Assembly: GCA_963770795.1 (NCBI GenBank) | Contig: CAVYQR010000006.1 | Coordinates: forward strand, 70,264-134,263 | Direction: 5' to 3' | Source of the DNA: an uncultured Chloroflexia bacterium | GTDB lineage: Bacteria > Chloroflexota > Limnocylindria > Limnocylindrales > CSP1-4 | Length of the DNA: 64,000 nt | In this document: positions 9,127-17,279 of the stretch, piece after piece | Layout of the letters: each line of letters opens with the position of its first letter | Position numbering within the stretch: position 1 is the stretch's first letter | Position numbers and translations under genes: made by a program | The notes under the pieces: model-generated | Database searches by the model: none | Told to the model about the DNA's origin: nothing | The model's input: the letters and a program-made list of their open reading frames with translations, nothing else

Positions 9127-10994
9127 CGACAACACCTGAAGCGATCGAGCGCCGGTTCGAGCTGCTCGATCGCGTCACCATCCGGTTCGCCGGCGACTCC
9201 GGTGACGGCATGCAGCTCACCGGGACCCAGTTCACCAGGACCGCGGCCGTCTTCGGCAACGACGTCAGCACGTTCCCGGACTACCCGGCCGAGATCCGTG
9301 CGCCCGCCGGCTCGTTGCCCGGCGTGTCCGGGTTCCAGATCAGCTTCTCGGCGTCGGACATCCACACCCCAGGTGACATGCCGGACGTACTGGTCGCGAT
9401 GAACCCGGCCGCGCTCAAGACGAACGTCGTGGACCTGCCCCCCGGGGGCGCCGCCATCGTCAACCTGGACGCGTTCACGCCCGCCAACCTGTCCAAGGCC
9501 GCGTACGCCTCGAACCCGCTCACGGACGGATCGCTCAAGGAATACAAGGTATTCGAGGTTCCCATCTCCACCCTCAACGCTCGGGCGCTGGAGGGGCTGG
9601 AGATGACCAGCAAGCAGGTCGACCTGACGAAGAACTTCTTCGCCCTGGGCCTGATGTTCTGGCTCTACGAGCGGTCGATGGAGCCCACGATCGAGTGGAT
9701 CGCCAAGAAGTTCTCCAGCCGGGCGATCATCGTGGAGGCCAACACGCGGGCGCTGAAGGCCGGCTACGCCTTCGGCGAGACCACGGAGATGTTTCACACC
9801 ACGTACCGGGTGCCGGCCGCCAAGCTGAGCCCCGGCACGTACCGGAACATCACCGGCAACGAGGCAACCGCCCTGGGTTTCCTCGCCGCGGCCAAAGTCG
9901 CCCGGCGGGACCTGTTCTACGGCTCCTACCCGATCACCCCCGCCTCGGACATCCTCCACCAGCTGGCGGGCTACAAGTCGTTCGGCGTGCGGACCTTCCA
10001 GGCCGAAGACGAGATCGCCGCGATGGGCGCCACCATCGGCGCGGCCTACGGCGGGGCGCTCGCCCTGACGGGCACCTCAGGCCCCGGCATCGCGTTGAAG
10101 TCCGAGGCCATGGGCCTTGCGGTCATGACCGAGCTCCCGATGGTCATCGTCAACGTCCAGCGCGCGGGCCCGTCCACGGGCCTGCCGACCAAGGTGGAGC
10201 AGGCGGACCTGCTTCAGGTCCTGTACGGACGGAACGGCGAGTCGCCGATGCCGGTCCTGGCGCCGGCCACGCCCGCCGAATGCTTCACGCTCGCCATCGA
10301 GGCTTCGCGTATCGCGCTCAAGTACATGACCCCGGTCGCCTACCTGTCGGACGCGTTCGTCGGCAACGGCGCCGAGCCGTGGCGAGTGCCGGACGTCAAG
10401 GACCTGCCGGACATCTCCATCCCGAACGCCGTGAAGGGGGAAGGGACGTTCCTTCCGTACGGACGGGACCCGGAGACGCTCTCGCGCCCGTGGGCCGTCC
10501 CCGGCACCGCGGGCCTCGAGCACCGGATCGGCGGCCTGGAGAAGCTGGACGGTCTCGGCACCGTCAGCTACGACGCCGACAACCACCACCGGATGAGCAC
10601 GCTGCGTGCGGCAAAGATCGCGGGCATCGCGAAGGACATCCCGCCGCTGGAGACGTTCGGGGCCGACGAGGGAGATCTGCTCATCCTGGGCTGGGGCTCC
10701 ACGTACGGCGCGCTGCGCAGCGCGACCGAGCTCCTGGTGGCGCAGGGCAAGCCCGTCGCGCACGCGCACCTGCGGTACCTCAACCCGTTCCCGGCGAACA
10801 CGGGCGAGGTCCTCAAGCGCTACAAGACCGTCCTGGTGCCGGAGCTCAACCTCGGGCAGCTGTCGTTCGTGATCCGCGGCACCTTCCTGGTGGATGCAAT
10901 CAGCTACGGGCGGGTCCGCGGCAAGCCGTTCAGGATCGCCGAGATCGTCGCCGAGGCCGAGCGCCTCCTGGCAGCCCCCGGGGTGACCCGATGA
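9123..10994 (+). CDS. korA: 2-oxoacid:ferredoxin oxidoreductase alpha subunit (gamma-alpha fusion)
   Basis: FAGDSGDGMQLTG, YPITPASDI, QAEDEIAA, TSGPG, QRAGPSTGLPTK, PELNLGQL. Confidence 0.93.
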   Translation: MTTTPEAIERRFELLDRVTIRFAGDSGDGMQLTGTQFTRTAAVFGNDVSTFPDYPAEIRAPAGSLPGVSGFQISFSASDIHTPGDMPDVLVAMNPAALKTNVVDLPPGGAAIVNLDAFTPANLSKAAYASNPLTDGSLKEYKVFEVPISTLNARALEGLEMTSKQVDLTKNFFALGLMFWLYERSMEPTIEWIAKKFSSRAIIVEANTRALKAGYAFGETTEMFHTTYRVPAAKLSPGTYRNITGNEATALGFLAAAKVARRDLFYGSYPITPASDILHQLAGYKSFGVRTFQAEDEIAAMGATIGAAYGGALALTGTSGPGIALKSEAMGLAVMTELPMVIVNVQRAGPSTGLPTKVEQADLLQVLYGRNGESPMPVLAPATPAECFTLAIEASRIALKYMTPVAYLSDAFVGNGAEPWRVPDVKDLPDISIPNAVKGEGTFLPYGRDPETLSRPWAVPGTAGLEHRIGGLEKLDGLGTVSYDADNHHRMSTLRAAKIAGIAKDIPPLETFGADEGDLLILGWGSTYGALRSATELLVAQGKPVAHAHLRYLNPFPANTGEVLKRYKTVLVPELNLGQLSFVIRGTFLVDAISYGRVRGKPFRIAEIVAEAERLLAAPGVTR

Positions 10995-12040
10995 CCGATA
11001 CGACCGCAGCCCCCGCGCCCGTTGCCGGCGGTCTCATCACGCTCACGCGCAAGGACTTCGTCGCGCCGCAGGAAGTCCGCTGGTGCCCGGGCTGCGGTGA
11101 CTACTCGATCCTCGCCCAGACGCAGAAGGCGATGCCCGAGTTCGGCGTGCCGAAGGAGAACATCGTGTTCATCTCCGGCATCGGCTGCTCCGGCCGCCTG
11201 CCGTACTACATGAACACGTACGGCTTCCACTCGATCCACGGGCGGGCACCCACGCTGGCCTCCGGTCTGCGGATCGCTCGCCCGGACCTGATGGTCTGGG
11301 TCATCACGGGTGACGGCGACGCGCTGTCCATCGGTGGCAACCACTTCCTGCACTCGATGCGCCGGAACCTGGACTTCACGATGGTCATGCACAACAACCG
11401 GATCTACGGCCTGACCAAGGGCCAGACGTCTCCCACCTCGGAGTTCGGGAAGCGGACCAAGTCCACCCCGATGGGCTCGACGGACCGGCCGATCATGCCG
11501 CTCACGATCGCGCTCGCGGCCGAGTCGACGTTCGTCGCGCGGACGGTCGACACCCACACCGAGCACCTGGGGCGGACGCTCGAGGCGGCAGGCCGGCACC
11601 GCGGTGCATCGTTCATCGAGGTGCTGCAGAACTGCAACATCTTCAACGACGGCGCCTGGCGAGAGTTCACCGAGCGCGACGTTCGCGACGACCGGATGCT
11701 GTTCCTGGAGCACGGCAAGCCGCTCATCTACGGCAAGGATCGCAACAAGGGCATCCGCCTGCGCGGCCTCCACCCGGAGGTCGTGACGATCGGCGAGGAC
11801 GGGATCACGGAGGAGGACCTGCTGGTCCACGACCAGCACGCCGAGGACCCGTACCTCGCGCTGATCCTGTCGCGCATGTTCTGGCCCGAGTTCCCGGTGC
11901 CGGTCGGCGTTCTGCGGGAGGTGCACCGACCGACGCAATCCGATCTCATCGAGGCCCAGATCGAGCAAGCTATCGCCAAGTCCGGCCCCGGCGACCTCAC
12001 GCAGGCGCTCCGGGCGGGCGAGACCTGGACAGTGGAGTAG
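10991..12040 (+). CDS. korB: 2-oxoacid:ferredoxin oxidoreductase beta subunit
   Basis: WCPGCGD, SGIGCS, HGRA, ThDP motif GDGDALSIGGNH...NNRIYGLTKGQTSPT. Start ATG 10991. Confidence 0.93.
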   Translation: MTDTTAAPAPVAGGLITLTRKDFVAPQEVRWCPGCGDYSILAQTQKAMPEFGVPKENIVFISGIGCSGRLPYYMNTYGFHSIHGRAPTLASGLRIARPDLMVWVITGDGDALSIGGNHFLHSMRRNLDFTMVMHNNRIYGLTKGQTSPTSEFGKRTKSTPMGSTDRPIMPLTIALAAESTFVARTVDTHTEHLGRTLEAAGRHRGASFIEVLQNCNIFNDGAWREFTERDVRDDRMLFLEHGKPLIYGKDRNKGIRLRGLHPEVVTIGEDGITEEDLLVHDQHAEDPYLALILSRMFWPEFPVPVGVLREVHRPTQSDLIEAQIEQAIAKSGPGDLTQALRAGETWTVE

Positions 12041-12043
12041 ACC

Positions 12044-12544
12044 ATGCTCTGCCCGAACTGCCACACCGACAACTTCGAGGGCGAGGACAGCTGCGTCAAC
12101 TGCTCGGCGGACCTGTCGACCGCGGACGTGCCGCAGGCGCCGGCCGACTATCACGACACGATCCTGGGCGACCATGTCGACGCCCTCGGTATCGGCTCGC
12201 CGACGATGGTCGAGCCTTCCATGCCGGTCGCCGCCGCCATCCGGCTGATGCACGAGACCGGCGTGGACTGCCTCGTGGTCTGCGACGCGGGGCGGCTGGT
12301 CGGGATCTTCACGGACCGCGATGCGGCGGTGAAGGCCGTCGACAAGCGCCTGGCGCTGTTCCGGGTCCGGGACTTCATGACGCCCGACCCCGTGGCGCTC
12401 CGGCTCGAGGACACGATCGCCGTGGCCATCCACAAGATGGCCGTGGGCGGCTTCCGCCACATCCCGCTCGTGGACGATGGCTGCGCCATCGGCGTGGTGT
12501 CCGCCGCTGATGTCTTCCGGCACCTCGTCGCCTCGCTCGAGTGA
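12044..12544 (+). CDS. CBS-pair protein with N-terminal zinc ribbon
   Basis: CPNC...CVNC, then CBS motifs (LVGIFTDRD; GFRHIPLVDDG). Confidence 0.85.
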   Translation: MLCPNCHTDNFEGEDSCVNCSADLSTADVPQAPADYHDTILGDHVDALGIGSPTMVEPSMPVAAAIRLMHETGVDCLVVCDAGRLVGIFTDRDAAVKAVDKRLALFRVRDFMTPDPVALRLEDTIAVAIHKMAVGGFRHIPLVDDGCAIGVVSAADVFRHLVASLE

Positions 12545-12951
12545 CGAGCGGTCCGCGTGCGGCCCGGCCGCGGATCGCGGTCCTCGCTGATGACCTGATC
12601 TGGGGCACGCGCCTCGCCGACGGCGTTCGCCGCTCGGGCGGCGAGCCCGTGCCTGTCCGCTCGGCGCTGGCGCTCGACGCCAACCTGGCATCGGTGGCCG
12701 GGTGCATCGTGGACCTGACCGCCCGCGCCTACGATGGGCTCGCCTGCCTCCACGCCGCGACCGCGGCCAGGGTGCCGGCTATCGCGGTGGGACAGCACGA
12801 CGACGCGGATCTCCGGCGTGCCGCCCGCACTGCCGGCGCAGGTCGCGTGCACGCCTACCGGACCCTGTTCGAGAACGGCGACCGGGAGCTCGGCGCCTGG
12901 ATCGGCGGCCTGGTCGTCAGCAAGGGGCCCGCAAGGGGGACACGGCAATGA
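12541..12951 (+). CDS. Atypical stand-alone receiver (REC)-like protein
   Basis: IAVLADDL acidic pocket, IVDL putative phospho-Asp, IAVGQH; conserved Lys not evident. Overlaps both neighbours. Confidence 0.5.
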   Translation: MTSGPRAARPRIAVLADDLIWGTRLADGVRRSGGEPVPVRSALALDANLASVAGCIVDLTARAYDGLACLHAATAARVPAIAVGQHDDADLRRAARTAGAGRVHAYRTLFENGDRELGAWIGGLVVSKGPARGTRQ

Positions 12952-14121
12952 GCGACCTCGGCATTCCGCCTTCGCGGTACGCCCAGCGGCTGGAGACGGC
13001 CCGCCAGGAGGCATCGGCCGCGGGTCTCGACGCGCTCCTGGTTGGCGTCGGGGCAGACCTGCGGTACCTGGCCGGATACGAGGCAATGCCGCTGGAGCGC
13101 CTGACCCTGCTCGTGATCCCTGCGAACCCGGGTTCGCCGATGACCCTGGTCGCCCCAAGGCTGGAGGCATCCCCCGCCCGGACGTGCCCGGCCGCTGCCC
13201 ACGGTGTGGTGGAGATCGCAACCTGGGAGGAGACCGAGGATCCGATGGCGCTGGTCGCCGCGGGCCTCGGCGAGGCGGTCGGCCGGGATGCTGCGGAGCG
13301 TGCGTGCCGTCGCGGTCTCGGACGGATTGCGCGCGGCGTTTGTCCTGGGTCTCCAGCGCGTTCTGCCCGGTGCACGGTTCTCGCTGGCCTCCGCGGTGCT
13401 CCGGAACCTGCGGATGCGCAAGGACGCCGACGAGGTCGCCCTGCTGCGGGCGGCCGCGCAGGCCGCGGACCGGACGGTGGCGGCGATCACGAACGGGTCG
13501 CTTGTCGGGCGGAGCGAGGCGGACGTGGCACGCGAGATCCGGGAGCGGCTGGTCGCCGAGGGCCACGACCACGCCGAGTTCTGGATCGTGGCCTCGGGCC
13601 CCAACAGCGCGTCGCCGCACCATGACCCCGGCGAGCGCGTGATCTCGGCTGGGGAGCCGATCGTCATCGACATCGGCGGCGCCTTGGGGGGCTACGGCTC
13701 CGACATCACGCGCACCGTCTGGGTGACGGGTGGGGACCCGGGGAAGGGCCCGGACGCGGACTTCCTGCGCCTCTACGGCGCACTCCAGGGCGCCCAGTTG
13801 GCGGCGACGGCCGCGGTCCGCCCCGGCGTGCCCTGCGAGCGGATCGACGCGGTCGCGCGTGGCCTCATCGGCGCCGCGAGTTTCGGTCCCTTCTTCTTCC
13901 ACCGTACCGGCCACGGCATCGGCCTGGAGGGCCACGAGGAGCCGTACCTCGTCGCGGGGAGCACCGAACCGCTGGCGCCGGGCATGGCGTTCAGCGTTGA
14001 GCCGGGCATCTATCTCGAGGGCCGGTACGGGGCGCGGATCGAGGACATCGTGGTGTGCGGGGAGGCTGGGCCGATCGTGCTCAACGAGGTGTCGCGGGAC
14101 CTGCTCGTCGTGTCGGGCTGA
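12948..14121 (+). CDS. pepP: Xaa-Pro aminopeptidase/dipeptidase (M24B), with an apparent frameshift near 13295
   Basis: Creatinase_N-like part in one frame (DLRYLAGY...ERLTLLVI) and M24 catalytic part in another (DIGG, SDITRT, HRTGHGIGLEGHE, FSVEPGIY, RIED). Confidence 0.8.
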
Positions 14122-14179
14122 GTGCGCGCTCCGTCGATCCGGGAAGGCGACCGGACGCCGCCCTTCGGACGGTCGCCGC

Positions 14180-14206
14180 TTGACACCTGGGCTGATCTCT
14201 GACAAT
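14180..14206 (+). promoter_or_regulatory. Possible sigma70-type promoter for the 100-aa gene
   Basis: TTGACA (14180-14185) then GACAAT (14201-14206); the 15-nt spacer is short. Confidence 0.35.
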
Positions 14207-14335
14207 GTGACCTTCGGCCCTGTTCGGGTAGGCCATATGGCCCCCAGCAGCGGACTAAGTCCGGACCAGGTGTTCGTCGTGCCCCCGGCGCACCAGCGTC
14301 CTGGTAGTCCCGGACAATCCATCGGGAGGCGTCCC

Positions 14336-14638
14336 ATGTGGCAGATCTTCGCGCTGACGGCGTTCGGCATGTTGAATGAGCGAGACAGGGAGGCTGAGAT
14401 CCTGGCCGACGAACGTCGGCTTCTCGGACAGCTCGGCGACGAGCGCGTCCCCCAGAAGGACCGGTCCCGGGCGTCGGGCCCGTCCGCCCTCGAACGTCTT
14501 GCAGTCGCGTTCCGCAAGGCGGCGCAGGATGATCACTCGCTGACGGACTACCCGTGCCGCCTGCCGGACGGGACGATGGGCAGGGTCGCGGCCGTCGAGC
14601 GCGGCGGGGAGTGGAACCTCGTCTGCAGGCGCGCCTGA
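14336..14638 (+). CDS. Hypothetical 100-aa protein
   Basis: GGGAGG RBS before ATG 14336; MWQIFALTAFGML...YPCRLPDGTMGRVAAVERGGEWNLVCRRA. Confidence 0.65.
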   Translation: MWQIFALTAFGMLNERDREAEILADERRLLGQLGDERVPQKDRSRASGPSALERLAVAFRKAAQDDHSLTDYPCRLPDGTMGRVAAVERGGEWNLVCRRA

Positions 14639-14882
14639 GCGAGATCCCGAGGGGCAGAACGGACCGGCCCCGGGTCGCCGTTCCGTGGGTTCGGCGCCCA
14701 TTGGGGCCGAACGACGTCGCGGCGCGCGGATCCATGGCCGCCGCCGGCTGAGAGCGCAACCCGGCGATCGGACGCCACGCGGGGTATCATCCGGCGATCG
14801 GTCGATGCCCCCTTGCGACCGACGCGAGAGCCACCATGACCACCCTTCGCGCGCAGGCCACCCGCCCGCGCAACCCCGGCCG

Positions 14883-15503
14883 ATGAGTCGGCGTGCCCGG
14901 CACGGCCGGAACCCACACCAGCATCCGTCCACGCGCCCCGCTCGTCCCGCGGCGCCTGCGGTGGAGGCCGCCCAGACCCCCGCCGACGATCGGGTCGCCG
15001 CCCCCCTGGAGGTCGCTGCTCCGCTGGAGGCCCAGGCCACCAGCCCCGTCGTGGACCCGGCGCGGGCGGTCGTGCTGCCGCCGCGTACTGCTCCGGAGCC
15101 GGTACGTCCCCCCGACCGCGCCCCCGCCGGGACCAGTCCCGATCGTGCCCCCGAACCCGGGGCCGAGCCGGTCCGGGAGCCGATCCGCGAGCAGCCGGCC
15201 CCGGGCTACGACGAGATCTCCCGTACCACCTGTACCCAGGCCCAGCTGCGCCGGTTCATCAAGAGTCGCCCGTGGGTCCCGATGCATGAGCTTCGTCGCC
15301 GCTTCGGCATCAACGGAGCGGAGGACGACGTGTCGCCGATGCGCGTCGGGGAGCACACGCTGTTCATCGGACTGCCGCCCGACGAGGGCCGCATGATGGG
15401 CGAGCTGCTCAATGCCGGGGACATCGGCTGCGAGCTGTCCCTGGACCCGGTGACGCCGGTGGTGATCGGCGTGTACCCGATGCGGCCGGTCCCCCGCGGC
15501 TGA
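14883..15503 (+). CDS. Hypothetical protein: Pro/Ala-rich linker plus C-terminal winged-helix-like domain
   Basis: Low-complexity N-terminus, then compact TQAQLRRFIKSRPWVPMHELRRRFGI...VIGVYPMRP. Confidence 0.6.
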   Translation: MSRRARHGRNPHQHPSTRPARPAAPAVEAAQTPADDRVAAPLEVAAPLEAQATSPVVDPARAVVLPPRTAPEPVRPPDRAPAGTSPDRAPEPGAEPVREPIREQPAPGYDEISRTTCTQAQLRRFIKSRPWVPMHELRRRFGINGAEDDVSPMRVGEHTLFIGLPPDEGRMMGELLNAGDIGCELSLDPVTPVVIGVYPMRPVPRG

Positions 15504-15527
15504 CCGACCTCTACCGCGACCGCCGCC

Positions 15528-16133
15528 CTACCGCGACCACGCCGGCAACGCAACGCCCTCGAGGGCGAGCAGGTCGCGCTTCATGGCCAGCGCCGCCTCG
15601 CGCCCGCCGAACGCCGCCACACCATACCCGCCCAGGGACCCGTCACCGGCGATCACCCGATGACACGGGATCACCAGGCCGACGGGATTGCGGCCCACCG
15701 CGCCGCCCACTGCTCGTGCGGCGCCGGTTCGCCCGATGCGCCGAGCCACCTCGCCGTAGGACGCCGTCTCGCCGCGGGGGATGGCGCGGACCGCACCCAG
15801 GACCAGGTGGTCCCAGGCGGAGCGGTCGGCGAGGTCCACGGCTAGCGTGTCGAACGGGACAGCCTCGCCCACGAGCGCCGCCGTCACCAGGTCGCGCGTC
15901 CGCGCGCAGAGCTCGGCCGCGGCACACGGTTCCCCGTGCGTGTCCGGCGTCACCAATGGTCCGAGGCCGCGGCGCGCCAGCCCGGACTCGAACGCGTCCA
16001 CGCTGCTCATCGGCTCCACCGCCACCACGCCGCGGGCGCTCGCGGCAATCCGGACCGGACCCCACGGTCCGTCCGCCGTCGTGACGGCGATGCAACCCTC
16101 GACGCAGCTCACGGACGCATCGTTGCATGGCAT
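15528..16133 (-). CDS. ogt: Methylated-DNA--protein-cysteine methyltransferase
   Basis: [21 protein letters not shown], active-site PCHRV, GYG. Start uncertain. Confidence 0.9.
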   Translation of the reverse strand: MPCNDASVSCVEGCIAVTTADGPWGPVRIAASARGVVAVEPMSSVDAFESGLARRGLGPLVTPDTHGEPCAAAELCARTRDLVTAALVGEAVPFDTLAVDLADRSAWDHLVLGAVRAIPRGETASYGEVARRIGRTGAARAVGGAVGRNPVGLVIPCHRVIAGDGSLGGYGVAAFGGREAALAMKRDLLALEGVALPAWSR

Positions 16134-16305
16134 CGGGCAGTGACGCACGTCCACGCGCCCGGCGGGCCCACCGTCCGATGCGGCATCATGGGCCCTCCCG
16201 AGCACAGCCCAGATCCGACACCGTGCACGGGCAGGAATGGGGACGAGATATGTCAGGTCTCGGCCGAGCCGGCGGGACGCACCGTTGCTGAGGCGCCGCT
16301 ACGTC

Positions 16306-17226
16306 ATGCGCCTCCGCCGTCCGCGGTTCCGCGGGCAGCGCACCCCGGTCGCAACGCCCGGGCAGAGCGCCCGTCGGCTGCTTCTCGTCGGCCTGCTCTC
16401 GGTCCTGCTCGTGGTCGCGGCCTGGGCGGGGACCACGCAGACATACGTCGGGCAGCGCGTCGCGGACCTGATCCTGTACGGGCGCTTCGGGGCGGATCCG
16501 GCGGTCAGCGGCGCCGCGGCCAGCATCCTCGACCTGGCGGGACTTGCCTCCGCCGCCCTGGTCGCGCTCGGAATCTTCATCTTCGCCTTCATCCGGGGGG
16601 GGTTCGGGATGGCCACGGCGGTCGCGCTGACGCTGGCCGGTGCGAACGCCACGGCGCAGGGCCTCAAGGACCTCCTGTACCGGCCGAACCTCATCGGGAA
16701 CGCGACATACGCGAGCGGCAACAGCTTCCCCAGCGGAACCGTCACGCTCGTCGCCTCGCTGGGGTTCGTGTTGATCCTCGTCGCGCCACGGCGCCTGCGG
16801 ACGCTGGCGGCGATCGGGGCGATCGTCCTCACGGCTGCCGTCGGCGCCAGCACCATCACGGCGGGCTGGCACCGTCTTGCCGACGTCGTCGGCGCCGACC
16901 TCATCTCCCTCGGCTGGGTCGCCTTCGTCACGGCGGCGCTCGTCCGTGCCCAGGGACGGATGCCAAGGCGGACGTGGACCCGCGGCCTGGGACGGAGGAC
17001 GGCGTTCGTCACCGGGGGCACGGGGGTGATCGTGATCGGCATCGGTGCCGTCGGCCTCGCGATCGCGCTGGTCGACCCGGCGCCGCTCGGACGGCTCATC
17101 GCCGATCGGTCGACGACTCCCGAGGCATTCGTGGCGTCCGTCGCCATCGCAACCGGGACCGCCCTGATCGGGACGGCTGCCTACGTGTGGGCGATGCGTG
17201 GCGTTGCCGTGGACCTGCCCGGCTGA
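16306..17226 (+). CDS. PAP2-superfamily membrane protein with degenerate catalytic motifs
   Basis: Multiple TM segments; KDLLYRP, SFPSGT, GWHRLAD. Confidence 0.7.
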   Translation: MRLRRPRFRGQRTPVATPGQSARRLLLVGLLSVLLVVAAWAGTTQTYVGQRVADLILYGRFGADPAVSGAAASILDLAGLASAALVALGIFIFAFIRGGFGMATAVALTLAGANATAQGLKDLLYRPNLIGNATYASGNSFPSGTVTLVASLGFVLILVAPRRLRTLAAIGAIVLTAAVGASTITAGWHRLADVVGADLISLGWVAFVTAALVRAQGRMPRRTWTRGLGRRTAFVTGGTGVIVIGIGAVGLAIALVDPAPLGRLIADRSTTPEAFVASVAIATGTALIGTAAYVWAMRGVAVDLPG

Positions 17227-17279
17227 ACGGGAGCGGGCCGAACGAACTGCGCCGCGGCGCTGCTATACTCCCCCCTAGT

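Noticed and set aside
15936-17279. N-terminal extension making CopA 1346 aa
   Set aside because: Overlaps ogt and PAP2 in other frames; a -10 box and an HMA domain start at 17280 explain the real gene.
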